62,495 nucleotides of DNA, filler included, from Sphacelaria rigidula (GCA_964200075.2; 10 parts of 10 records of this genome joined end to end with filler, not necessarily neighbours in it), one strand, 5' to 3'; shown: positions 25,862 to 37,559, counted from the first letter of the whole stretch. Numbers and translations: made by a program. The notes: generated from the letters alone by a model not told the origin.

Positions 25862-26306
25862 CAACATCCAATCATCGAAATTGAGGATGGAGCTTTTCAT
25901 TCAGGATATGAACCCCTGGGTTAAACCCTTCGTATCCATATCGAATCTGCGAAATGTGGTTCCATTTCTTCACCTATTGGTAGCTATTGACAAGAACTAC
26001 ACGTCATATAAACTGTGGTTTCGATTACCGAAATGTTGGGGTCCTAGGTGAAAAACCAATTGCGGGGGATTCCCGCGATCCGATCGGATCATCTTAACTC
26101 CCGAAAATTGTTTCTTCGTCTAGGACCCCAACATTTCGGTAATCGAAATCCAAATTTGTGGAGCGTGGAGCAGTTGTCAAAAGCTACCAGTAGGTGAAGG
26201 AATGTGAACATATTTCGAAGATTTGATGTGGATACGAAGGTTTTTATCCTCCGGGTTCTCATGCTCAATGAAAAGCTCCATCCTCAATTTCGATGATCGA
26301 CTGTTG
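25862..26306. mobile_element. Foldback MITE
   Basis: ~200-bp inverted arms (ATCATCGAAATTGAGGATGGAGCTTTTCATT and its rc). No clear TSD. Confidence 0.75.
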
Positions 26307-26944
26307 AAAGTTGAAAGTGGATCAGTACGCTGCCGCACGGCCCGTGTGGTACTTTATTTACTCGTGTTGAGTACCACGGAGAGTGGGACGAGACACTTTT
26401 CAGTAGAATAAATTGTACTTAGCGTCATTTACGACATCGTTGTCAGATACAAGGGACAACGTTTCTCGACACTGCGCCGGGTTCATGAACGCAAGCGATG
26501 CGTTTCGAGGCACACTTTGAGATACATGAGACTAAGATACCGGGGTGGTTGGTACCATCGGAAAGTTGAGGACAGCTGCTCTGCCCGACAACGCGCATCG
26601 TATGCTCCATGAATTTATCTCAGGCTCGTTGGTCATGAAAAGAGTAAAGCACCGCACGCAGCAGAATGCCTGCGCTTGGAAGCCTCGTGAATTGTCAGAC
26701 GACCACTTATTTTCAACACCAGAACACCAGACGTTTTGCTCAGGGACAGGATTCCTGGATCAATATATCTCTAAGACCACACCACGTGACCACTCAACGG
26801 CAACGTAAATCCCGAGGGTTAACGCTACCCACGAAAGCCATCAGCGCGCGCTCCGTAGCTAACATGACGGAACTGGCTGTGAGTGTGTTTGTGTGTGTAT
26901 TGTAGTGCTCGGAAATGGTTTGTCTAACCATTAACCAGTGAAAA

Positions 26945-27221
26945 CACTATATTCGTGAGATTCAGAGAGTAGTTTCAGATTCAGAGTCAGGATTTCAAAC
27001 GGAAGAAAGGAGTTCTTCGTGGTCGATTCTTATGCGAAACAGTTCGCGTCACCAATAAACCAATCCGAGTAATAAACGTGCGTGTTTTCACAGCCTCCAA
27101 TGTTGGTTGATTAGTGACGCGGACTGTTTCGCATAAGAATCGACAGCAAATAAAACAGTTCTTCCGTTTGAAATCCTGACTCTGAATCTGAAACTACACT
27201 CTGAAGCTCACGAATATAGTG
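26945..27221. mobile_element. Foldback MITE with CACTA..TAGTG ends
   Basis: ~120-bp inverted arms CACTATATTCGTGAG.TTCAGAG.GTAGTTTCAGATTCAGAGTCAGG. The TIR resembles family G. No TSD seen. Confidence 0.75.
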
Positions 27222-27589
27222 TTTGAAACAGTTACGCGTAGCGACCTCATTAACCACTTAATAAATGGTACATAGGTTTGGTCATCGAGCGGCGCAGTCG
27301 CGAGCCCCCCCCCCCCTCCCCACCCGGCAGAGGGGGCGCCGCTGGAGGCGCCGTGCCGGAGGCACATTTTTACGCGATTTGGCTTCACGAGAGCTAAAAA
27401 GTACGTTATAGTTGGGCCAATTTTCAAGGGCTATATGTGGCATACGTAGCCGGTAACGGTAGATAATATTTTGAAACGATTTTCCCAAACTTTCATGTAA
27501 TCATCACCATTATTACCATCATTACCATTATTACCATTGTATTGATAATGGCCGGTTATAACTGGTACCATTTTCGAGCTCTAGTGTGT

Positions 27590-27769
27590 TGTTATTCGTG
27601 GCAGGACCGCGTGCTTTTTGAACCACGTCGGAGTTTAAACACCCCTGGGGTTAGGGTCAGGGGCGCGGTCCCCGCAGGGACTGGCCCGAGTGGTCTTGAA
27701 ATGCGTCGATCCTGGGGTGTTCAAATTCCGATGCGGTTCAATAAGCAGGCGGTCCCCCCACGCATCACG
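27590..27769. mobile_element. TTAGGG-bearing MITE, copy 1
   Basis: TIR AGGACCGCGTGCT; homologous to 28912-29128; a single internal TTAGGG. Confidence 0.75.
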
Positions 27770-28170
27770 CGGTGTTGTCATCCCATCTATTCTGGACGCC
27801 AGTTTTCGGCATGTATATATGGGTGCATCAGCCGGGATCACGCAAGAGGAAGGTCGACACAGGACATTTCTTTATATATTTATTTTAGTACTCCACCTTC
27901 CTTCTGCGGTGCTGGCCTTTCTTTTTATCGCGAGAAGGGTTCAGCGGTCCCTTTCCCACGTCGATCGCAAACTTGATTTTCACGTACTACTCACGATGAG
28001 GTCGCTCTCAGCACTCCCGCACCGCGTCAACTCACGTTACACAAACCCAGTCGACTACTTTGTTTACTCACAACCTCACGCTTTCCACGGTGGAAATCAC
28101 ACATTACGAAGAAAAACCCCAACGCATCGGGAATCGAACCCACGTTCTCTCTACCTTAATGGCGGCAGTC
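27770..28170 (-). mobile_element. Chimeric SINE: family D head joined to family C body/tail
   Basis: 28170-28008 aligns to D (B box GGTTCGATTCC). 28008-27770 aligns to the 3' half of C in the same orientation. Confidence 0.7.
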
Positions 28171-28629
28171 GAACCCTTACGCAATAGGTATGGAAGATAG
28201 ATGTATCGTAAGTGGTTCTCCATCTTGACAGAAACGTTTACGTCTAGAGAACTAGCAACTCAACGCTAGATCGATATGCTTCGAACGATATGTATATATC
28301 GTACATGTCGGACATAAAACAGTCATAGCCTGAGACAACAGGGGCAGACTTGCTGAGTGAACGTACAAGTGTGCGCGTCGTGCGTCTGAACATTGAGCGA
28401 GGATGGTGGGCAATATCCACGTCAAGCAGAAAATTCGACCGCACTTTGGTGACCAAACTCAAGTTCTTGTCTTCCCCTCCCTGCGGTTCGATCCTTCGGA
28501 AGAAAGGAAGAGTTCATAGCTCTTAGCCGTCGAACACGCTTGAACAAAGACCTCGACTTTTGTTGTTATAATTTTTGCTCATCTCCCCAATCGATCCATA
28601 GTTCGTTCCCAGCCACTCGAACCCACTCA

Positions 28630-29620
28630 AGAGAACATGCAGATAAAGAGGTTGCCAGCTATAGTTGTGTAGTTGATAGGGATGTATGGAAGAAAAGTAC
28701 AAAGGGTCAGGCTGGAGTCAGGTGGGATAAAAAAGTCGAGAAAAGATAGAAGGGGATAAATGGGAACCAAGACGAAGTACTGTCCATAGACGAAGGCGCG
28801 GGGTACAAGGCAAAAAAAGTAAAAGATATGACAAATATAGCGGGAAAAGGAGCGCTCAGACGCAAAGTAGACGAGAAAGAACACCTGGATATACGGGTGG
28901 TTGAGAGAGGGTGAAATGCGTGAAAGGACCGCGTGCTTAGAGGACCGCATCGGAATTTGAACACTCCCATGGTCAGGGTTAGGGTTAGGGTTAGGGTTAG
29001 GGTTGGGGTTATGGTCAGGGGCGTGGTACCTGCACGGACTGGCCCGATCGGTTTAGAAAAAGATCGATCCTGCGGTGTTCTGAACTGCGGCGCGGTCCTC
29101 TTAGCACGCGGTCCTCTCACGCATTACAGAGGGGATAGGGATAAAAGCATATCTGCATGGCCCAATGGATGCTGCGAAAAATATGAAACTGTAATTTCGA
29201 GAAGAAATAGATTTACCAGTCGTCGAAAGGAGGAGGGAGTAGATGGACAGAACGGCCTCTTTGGCAAAGATATAGAGAACAGGAGTCATAAGTGGCAGGA
29301 TGTGAACCATACAATGAGGAACGGGACGTGCTAGAGAGGGAAATGCGGGACGTAAACAAAGGTGGCATGAAATCCCTTGATGCATTAGACAAGAGGGAGA
29401 AAACGATGACTATACCTGGAGATGGTGGCCACAGACGGCGAAAGAGGGCGGGGATAAAGTATGTAAAAGGTTCTTGTGTGATGTATGGAAGAAACGTAGT
29501 GAGCGCCAGAATGTTGTAGGTGGCTCTATCAGAAGTAGGAATGGTGCTCCGTCTCGAAAGGGATGCGTGGTCAATGGTCAAACGACTAAAGCAAGCAACA
29601 AATGAGCACACCCCCCCTGC
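28630..29620 (+). mobile_element. RTEX-like LINE, 5'-truncated degenerate copy
   Basis: Homologous to the rc of 59635-60415. Ends AATGAGCAC + C-rich run; interrupted by the MITE at 28912-29128. Confidence 0.85.
28912..29128. mobile_element. TTAGGG-bearing MITE, copy 2 (Ginger-like TG..CA ends, 5-bp TSD)
   Basis: TIR TG(A/T)AATGCGTGA.AGGACCGCGTGCT. TSD GAGGG at 28907-28911 and 29129-29133. The empty site is visible in the LINE copy near 60145. Confidence 0.85.
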
Positions 29621-29873
29621 CCCACCCCTTCCCTCCCTCTCATTTAATCTCCCTCCATCTCTTCCCAGCAAATTGATACAGGAACGGGGTGGTTATATAT
29701 CAGCTTGATCAGCTCGGCGCGCCGGCGATGAAGAGTGGCGAAGACATTTCAGAGTACCCTAGACACACAGAACACCTGGCGCTCCAACGACGCGAGATAC
29801 GTTTCGATTTCACCCTTCCACCACCGGTGTGGCCATCCGTTGAGTCGACATGATTTCCATCTGAAAAACCGCT

Positions 29874-30200
29874 GCCAATATATTTTCGTGAGATTGAGAG
29901 TAGACGATGCGATGGAGAGAGAGAAGCGGTCAACTGACAAATACATAGTTTCAGTCTCGAAATGCCCCTCCGCGAGGCCCGATACATCTTCTGCAGTAGC
30001 TTGCCTCGGAAGCCCTTGATAATACCATTATTCCTGAATAGGATAATATACCGACGTGTAGCTATAATATAAGGGCACGCCAGCGTTACAAGCAAACACA
30101 CACACAGAATAAACATGTGTTCATCCAAGTTGAAGCGAATGATAAACCCCACTGCCAGCCAATGCGCTACTACTCTTGACCTCACGAAAATAAATGTTGC
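29874..30200. mobile_element. MITE family G, copy 2
   Basis: rc homology to 20564-20864. Confidence 0.7.
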
Positions 30201-30322
30201 TACTGTGAGGCTCAGATGACCGACCCTGGCGGTCAAAGGGTCGTCGCATTCCTTTCGTATCACTTTTTGTGATCCGTCCTTCCTTGATTGATCTAAAATA
30301 CATACACGTACTCGTAACATAC

Positions 30323-30678
30323 CTTTGGCCTGGGCTACCGCAAAAAAAGAGGAGTTTTTGCAGGACGTAATTGTCTGTAACTATGTCCACGCAATCCAAG
30401 TTGAACTCGGGTGAACAAATCCGTATCGCGTCCGAAATAATTCCCAGCTTGGTGCTGAACCGGCGTCCTGTAACCTCCGAGGGCCCGGCCGGATCACGAG
30501 TACGTGCGCCGTCCGGGGAAAGGACAAATTTTTCATGAATGACCTCTGGGACGAGCAGCGGTGCGTATCCTGGCACAAAGACCACGGGTTTCTGCGGGTC
30601 ATCATCGACTTCGGCCCAGTGGTAGCTGCCGACATGCGCGCGTTCTCTAGGGTATACGTCGGGATCACCACTTCTGGC
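30323..30678 (-). CDS. Internal exon of a putative RAI1/DXO-like nuclease-fold protein
   Basis: Branch-point-like ACTAAT, acceptor CTGCAG| and donor AAAG|GTATGT. The motif order GSYHW..VFVPG..P..LSPD..DP..VDIVTD..LQKLL.F recalls that family (from memory, not searched). Confidence 0.5.
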
Positions 30679-31300
30679 CTGCAGTGGCCATGGTTGCAGA
30701 ACATATTCGGGAGCGACGAGCACGAAAAATTAGTTTCGGGAATATTTGTGCATTTACGGTGGCACGTCGTGCAGAGACTAACTGACATCCATGTGCAAGC
30801 AAGTACAGCACACACACGTTTTCTATACGTGCCGAGTACAGCAGCTCTCTTGCGAGATTATCATTAGCGTATACTTTCTGACGTACGTACTCAGAGACTT
30901 TTGCTTGATGAACTGGTATGATGAGTCACTGGCTATATACTTGACACCATGTTGCATCGATCTGCGGACGGAGAACAACTCAGGAATAATGTATTGAGCT
31001 TCTTCAGCGAGTATTCCCGTTTTGTTTTATAACTCGGGTACGTCTCTCAAGTGACCACGGTTGGATCCCTGAAGGATCAGTCAGGGTGCGACAATAATAA
31101 ATCAATATCAGGAAATCAACTATCTTCAAACAGCCGATTCTCGAAAATGGGGTTGAAAAACAAATGAGGTTCAACTCAAAAGCCGTGCTTTCCCTGACCT
31201 NNNNNNNNNNNNNNNNNNNNNNNNNNNNNNNNNNNNNNNNNNNNTTAATTAATTAANNNNNNNNNNNNNNNNNNNNNNNNNNNNNNNNNNNNNNNNNNNN

Positions 31301-31403
31301 GTACTCTCGCATATTTTCATAAGTTGTGTTTTGGATGAGATGAAGGGCTCCTAACAATTCTAACCTCAGAAAATATTTGTGTACCCCTACCGTAGCATCA
31401 CTC
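31301..31403. mobile_element. Sola-like MITE, right end
   Basis: Near-identical to 37150-37253. Confidence 0.75.
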
Positions 31404-31421
31404 GTCTCCTTGATCCCTTAC

Positions 31422-31705
31422 CGGATTACTCTCCGGCGGAAGCGATAGATAGCCAAGATGTTCTGCGTCAGTTTGGCGTCCTTCAAAAAGGCGAATATCA
31501 CTCTCACTCCCACGTGTCGGCGCCGCTTCCAGCTCTCCGCTGCTTTTGGAATCCACTTTTTCAAGAGGCGTACTTTGTTGTTTGAACTCTCGCTGCCAAC
31601 AACTCCCCCTTCAGCCCCAGTGTCTCCTGTAAAGGAGCGTCCGTGCCTTTTTCTGATGAAGCGCTGAACTTTTATGGCACTCACCTCCAGTTCGGCTAAC
31701 GTTCC
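31422..31705 (-). CDS. Same gene, exon h with IQ-like motif AIKVQRFIRKR; the gene continues past the scaffold end
   Basis: CATAG| acceptor, CG|GTAAGG donor, 284 nt open. Confidence 0.7.
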
Positions 31706-32239
31706 CTATGTTTTGAGTCGACGGCAGGTGGTGCAGTCAGTCGTCGAGTGTATACCTACCAAGTGTGTGCGTGTGCGGTATATTGCCCAGCTCGCGATCC
31801 CGAAACGTAACAAGCACGTGTCACGGACTATTTGCCCTCCTTTCGAGGTCTGGTCGCTGAATCAACACGACAAAAGTGTCGGCCGGTGCTCGGCCGAACG
31901 TAGACGAGAACGGCATACAGAGCAGGAGTATGTCGTCGTGGCCTGGTGACGACAATCTTCTGAACATGCCACATAGAATAATACCACAAAAGCCACATGT
32001 ACTAGTCTACATATCTGTGGGAGGTCTTTCTGCCAGTTCTTGTGTGCGTGTCTATGTCTATGCATCCGCATGAACACTGGTAGTAGAAGAGCACACGCTA
32101 GAAACTGGCATCAACCCTGCGGCCAGCTTGCACGAATGCTTGAGACATCAACACTGCGGAGAGATTTCAGCACTAGACTCAAACCACATGAGAGCTGTCC
32201 CGAAAAATGAAAAACGGAGACGTCTGCCCTGTTTTTTGC

Positions 32240-32281
<42 letters not shown>

Positions 32282-32976
32282 GTTTTTTAGCTTTCTATCT
32301 TCTTTTTTATGTCTGGGGTGTTTTTGGTTTGTTCGGCGAGNNNNNNNNNNGTCAGCCCCCGAAAAAAAAAAAACGGCACCTTCTCCCTTTTTTTTTGCCC
32401 CCCCCCCCCCCCCCCCCAACGTTTGCCGTTTTGTTTCGCTAATCTGGACATTTGCACGATTGTTTTCCGTTGGCGCTGTTCGTTTTGAAAAGTGGCACCC
32501 TCAGGAAGTCAACACTACTGCTTGTTTCAGTCAGTTTGGAGGCACACGCAGCCTCGATACTGCATACAGCACGACGGAATTGCATGATGCGATGTAGCTG
32601 TTGTTGGGCGTCGTCATGATGACGCTGGTTTCTTGCACCGGGGGCATGACACCATGTGATGAGGTAAGGAATGTAAGACATGAATGCGAAAGTGTCTAGC
32701 AAGAAACTGCCGATTTCCCATTTTTTCAGGTGGCAAATAGAAAGCGGATTGTATTTGCCAGACGTCAAGAACGGGCGTAGCTCATTAGTTGAAATCCATG
32801 GAAGACCAGATGCTTGCATTACGTGAAGTGACGACGACCAGGGCGAAGATGGAGCGGTGTGCGTGTGCTGCATGCCAAATTCAATATCCTGACTTCTATC
32901 CTTCCCCTTCCCTCATGCTTCCATCACACCTCCCCCGTCCTTTGGTTTTCTCCTTACAGAGTACCCTCTCCGTCAC

Positions 32977-33138
32977 CTTTTCCCCGTCGCCGCCGCTCAT
33001 AGCTGCAGCGAGTTTATCCAACATCCATTTTCGACTTTTCCAAAATCCTCTCCACTCTACGGCAGAATTCACCGCCACCACCGCCGTCAGGAAAAACCGT
33101 TGTCTCCGAGTAAGGTCTTCGGACTGCTGCTGGGTTCG
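32977..33138 (-). CDS. Same gene, exon g (RTQQQSEDL...GDGEK)
   Basis: TTTCAG| acceptor, AAG|GTGACG donor, 162 nt, phase 0 to 0. Confidence 0.65.
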
Positions 33139-33434
33139 CTGAAACAAAGGCAGATGCCCCGACGCAAAGAGGGCGCGAGGGAGGAGGAGCGAGAGGTTTA
33201 AGGGAAGAAATGACACTTGAAGGTGGTGAAATAAGCTACCTGTATTGAGTCCGTCGATCGACACGGGGGATTGTCGTTGTCTTTCTTTCACCCCATGTTG
33301 GGAATGTTGAAAGATACTCCCTTCGCACATGTCGCTGTGCGTTCATCAATGGACGGCGTCGCATCTTGTTGTCATATTAGAGCCAGGCGGTTGGATCCAA
33401 ACTTTCCCACTTTATATTTCCCCTCCAAGAGGAA

Positions 33435-33584
33435 GTGCTCCGTCTCGAAAGGGATGCGTGGTCAATGGTCAAACGACTAAGGCAAGCAACAAATGAGTAC
33501 GCCCCCCCTCCAAGTGCTCCGTCTCGAAAGGGATGCGTGGTCAATGGTCACACGACTAAGGCAAGCAACAAATGAGTACGCCCC
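33435..33584 (+). mobile_element. Intronic dimer of the ~70-nt RTEX tail with 15-bp TSD
   Basis: TSD CCCCTCCAAGAGGAA at 33420-33434 and 33585-33599. The two units are almost identical. Confidence 0.9.
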
Positions 33585-33676
33585 CCCCTCCAAGAGGAAA
33601 TGTTGCCAACGCTAAACTTTCCCGCCCTGCCCCCTCGAACGATCGATCCAGGCAGAATAACCTCCTCGTGGCTCAC

Positions 33677-33812
33677 CGCCTCCGCCAGGCTGGGTCCTTC
33701 GCGCTTTTTCCGCGCTGCTTCAGCGATTGCGTCTCTGCGCCGATCCATGCGCCTCTTCCTCTCTCGATTCGCTTCACGCCGTCGCTGCGCCCGAGTGGCT
33801 AATTCCTCTCGC
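33677..33812 (-). CDS. Same gene, exon f (charged helix REELATRAQRRREANRERKRR...)
   Basis: CTCAG| acceptor, GCG|GTGAGC donor, 136 nt, phase 2 to 0. Confidence 0.7.
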
Positions 33813-34257
33813 CTGAGGATAGTGTGACGGCACAGTTTCGTGTCCTTCTCCCTTCATGTCAGACTCTTGTCCACTTTGACCGATATATTGTATTCCACGT
33901 CTGTGTAGTGCGTGGGTCTTTGAGGACGGAGGCAAGGGGGATGCCCGAGTCAAAATCCGGAGTACTATCGAACCATACATGCCACGCATTCGGACTCAAG
34001 AGAAGTGTTTATGCCCATGCCTTCCGACACAGAGACATGCAAGTAGCAAGTGGCGGTACCGGAACATACCGTGGTGAAGGTTCGACCAACACGATTCGCT
34101 GGAGTCCTGTCGACAATGTGATTTCGTGTTATGTGCGGTATTTGCGTGCGCAGCACACGTGTGCACTCGTACACACTCCGTCACATAAGTATGTTCTCGG
34201 CCATGTCTTTATGCCTTGAGGGAGTCAACTATATCCCTTCCCGTCTCTGGCACTCAC

Positions 34258-34355
34258 CGAACCACAGAAAATTGCGTATCTTCCAACACGCACATCGCGC
34301 GGTTACGCACGATGAGCTCTTTCGCAGGCTGCCTTGCTCTGTGCCAAGCAGCTGC
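34258..34355 (-). CDS. Same gene, exon e (AAAWHRARQPAKELIVRNR...)
   Basis: AACAG| acceptor, CG|GTGAGT donor, 98 nt, phase 0 to 2. Confidence 0.65.
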
Positions 34356-34704
34356 CTGTTTACGAAACGGGGTTTTGTGGTGCTGCTGACGTTAGCGCAG
34401 GACTTGAGCGAGGAGAACGCATACCATGCATAGAGGCGGCGCGTTCGGAATGATTTTCCACTTCAGTTTATTGGCAATATAGAGAAGACAATTGATGAGG
34501 GTATGTGCTGTGGGATCAATGGTCAGAACAGTGAGATGCGGGGAACGCAACACCAGAGCTAGACCTCCCTAAAGAGCTGTTTGCAAATAGCCAACTGGTG
34601 CCCGAAGAAGATACAAAAACGCTGTGCGATAAACACTGCCGCTACTGAGGTTTCGAGTAGGTGAATGGCTTCGACTTGGAGGCAATTCACACGAGATGTA
34701 TCAC

Positions 34705-34852
34705 CTGAGCCTTTGCGAGAAACTGGGCAACAGCAGTGTTGTCACCCCGAAGATCCGAGATACGGGCCTCCAAGGCAGGACAGAGACCAAGGATGGGATC
34801 ACGCACACCTGTAGACGGGACGTGGATGCCAACCGCCAGTGCCCGCGACTTC
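34705..34852 (-). CDS. Same gene, exon d
   Basis: CGTAG| acceptor (alternative at 34910), CAG|GTGATA donor, 148 nt, phase 2 to 0. Confidence 0.55.
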
Positions 34853-35137
34853 CTACGTTGATAGATACCCAAGACGTCGCAAACGTGGTGTGCGGAAACT
34901 GGGTATGGCTCTGTAATTAGGACGGAAGAACGATCAAAGTGTAGCACGACCAGCTACGATCAGCACTCGAGTCGTGCTCACATGGACAGCCGAAAAATGT
35001 GCGTAGAATGTATACGTTCACACAGGTGGCCGGACGAATTTGCGACGTCCGAGGCGCTGGTAAAATCGTCAGAGGCGTACACATTGGGCAGCTTCAGGAC
35101 AACGCGTTGGTACGTCGCGTACACGCTGTCAACGTAC

Positions 35138-35194
35138 CAGCACGTGGAGCGTTGCAGTATCCACCTCAAGGGCCGCTCTAGTAGCCTGTACAAC
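35138..35194 (-). CDS. Same gene, exon c (LYRLLERPLRWILQRSTCW)
   Basis: CATAG| acceptor, TG|GTACGT donor, 57 nt, phase 2 to 2. Confidence 0.45.
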
Positions 35195-35463
35195 CTATGC
35201 ACGGTGTGAAAACGCTATTTTGTGCTTACATCGAACGCCGATGTGAGACTGAGAGTACTATCCACGGGACAATATGCATGGCCAGAACCGAAATTTGGAC
35301 ATGAGAACATGAGCGGAATCGGCCCAACGCCAGGGTTTTAAGTGCAAAATCTTGCGTTCGGCGGCGTCAATTTTGCTCAATTGACCGGCAACTGGCTCGC
35401 CGGACCCACCTCTTCCCCAACTTTGATCTCGTTTACAGAAAACATATTTTTATTTTCCGTTAC

Positions 35464-35761
35464 CTTCGCCGACGGACACGATCGTTCCCCGCAGATGTTC
35501 CTCGAACAGCACACCAAGGATGTCCGCGGGGGGATTCAACGGAAGGTCCTTCATTAGTAGAAACGATTCCAGTGACCGTGAAAGGGCGTGCAGTCTTCAG
35601 CTTCGCGTGCAGCGGTGGTTGTGCTCTGTCCTTGCTGTTCAGGGTACTGCCGTCGACAGGAGGAGCGCACGGTAGTCTCGGGGGTATGTTTGCCTTGTCG
35701 CGATCAGCTGTCCATGATGTGTGCTTCTCACGGTCCCTCTCCAGCCTCGTAATCTGAGTTT
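35464..35761 (-). CDS. Same gene, exon b
   Basis: GACAG| acceptor, AG|GTAACG donor, 298 nt open, phase 1 to 2. Confidence 0.5.
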
Positions 35762-35947
35762 CTGTCGATCGAGCCGCGCAGCAGGGCATCCTTGGAGACC
35801 ACCGAGTATACGCGGTTATTGTTTGGTAAAGTGACGTTGGTTCGGTGGTTTCTCAGAAGTTTACGGTGTGGCGTGCAAAGCTGTGTTGTTGCAAGGTGAT
35901 GCCCCCCCCGCCCCCCCCCCCTCCAATCCCTTTCTCAACACACGAAC

Positions 35948-36128
35948 CTGCTCCTTGTTCAGTCGCAGCTGCTGCGAATCCATCCTGTGCTTGGGTATTT
36001 CTCATACGCTGTCTACGTAGAAGCGCGACAAAGGGACGTAGGTCCTCTGCAAGCCCATCGCCAGTGTGCGCTGACTCTACGCTTGTCTCGTCCGCATCCA
36101 CAGTGTCGTCCTTTCGCTGACCCAGAGC
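35948..36128 (-). CDS. IQ-motif/coiled-coil protein fragment, exon a (ALGQRKDD...EQGA)
   Basis: CCCAG| acceptor, G|GTTCGT donor, 181 nt, phase 0 to 1. Confidence 0.55.
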
Positions 36129-36996
36129 CTGGGCGAGTCAATGGATGAATCAACCTATTATGCCGAAGGGTTGGCCATCACATCATGACTCCTGGCAAAT
36201 TCTTGCCCTATCTATGACGACCAAAGCGGCCACGTCTACAAAGTAAGCTCAAACTACTGGCGCCCCGTCTCGCAATGATGGATATACTGCACACACACAG
36301 TCCAGGTTTTCGAAAGATACGCAAGCTGGTTCAGGGTGAGTGCCCAACTTTTCCCCCACAAGATACATAACGCAAAACTGACCCGATCGAAGCACAGTTG
36401 GTATCAGAGTGACCCCCACGAGCAAGCGAACAGTGTGGCGTGACCAGATTTTTCTTGCGTTCTTTGCCGTGGCGCTGGTACGAGGTGAAATATTAATTGA
36501 GGAATCAGGGGCCTTCGAACTGTTCTGAAATTTAAAAAGTGAATTTCCGACACAGTTTCAGTTTATACCCAATCTCATCACGAATCAAACCTTAACAACT
36601 GCCATCAGCTAGGGAATCTAACGCAGAATACACACTCAAGAATGATTTGTATGAGATCGAGCTTATACCCCAGAGCGTGGTATTCACGCGATGTGGAGTT
36701 TTGGCGTCGTCTGATTTCTACTGGTTTTATTCACCACAGACCCAGGAAGCCTCTTAACGTCTTCCCTTGTGACAGTCGTAGGAAAGTCCCAATTATCCTC
36801 AGACTTGGTAGTTTGATAGATATAGGTGTTGCAAATAGAAGAAAGAAAGTCGTTGAAGAATATTTCAAAGTTCATCCGCTCTATGCCGGCTTCCGGAGGT
36901 CCCAGCGTGAATATTGTCTCAAAACTAATATTTGACTCATCCCGAGGTAGTCCAAGGGACGTTTGTACAGCGATGTGTAACCCGAAAAGCTGACCC

Positions 36997-37253
36997 GAGC
37001 AATGCGACGGTAGGGGTGCACCTTTTTCGCGAAATTTTGTTTGGTTTAGGGGCTCCCAACAATCCCAGACGCACAAAAATATGGATCAGGGCATCCCCGT
37101 TTGCAGATTTATCCATGATATCCCCAGCACATTGGAATGGTAATCCTGGCGTGCTTTAGCATATTTTCATAAGTCGCGTTTTGGATGAGACAAAGGGCTC
37201 CTAACAATTCTAACCTCAGAAAATATTTGTGTACTCCTACCGTAGCATCACTC
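36997..37253. mobile_element. Sola2-like MITE (GAG..CTC ends, 4-bp TSD)
   Basis: TIR GAG(TG/CA)ATGC(T/G)ACGGTAGG; TSD ACCC at 36993-36996 and 37254-37257. Confidence 0.8.
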
Positions 37254-37559
37254 ACCCCAAACGGTAGATGCCAGCGTAAACACACGAGAAAAAGGTTCGT
37301 AGCATACGGTAATCGAGTAATTCGGGGGATTCGAGGTGCCCTTGTACAGCTTAATGCACACGCACGCAATTTCTGACGCCCGTATTTTGAGATGTTAGAC
37401 GCTGAAATTTGCACAGGAGTGCTCTGGGATATAAACTCGTATGGAGTTTTTTTTTTCTANNNNNNNNNNNNNNNNNNNNNNNNNNNNNNNNNNNNNNNNN
37501 NNNTTAATTAATTAANNNNNNNNNNNNNNNNNNNNNNNNNNNNNNNNNNNNNNNNNNNN

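Noticed and set aside
28971..29020. Chromosome telomere
   Set aside because: It has only four perfect units, lies inside a MITE and is not at a scaffold end.
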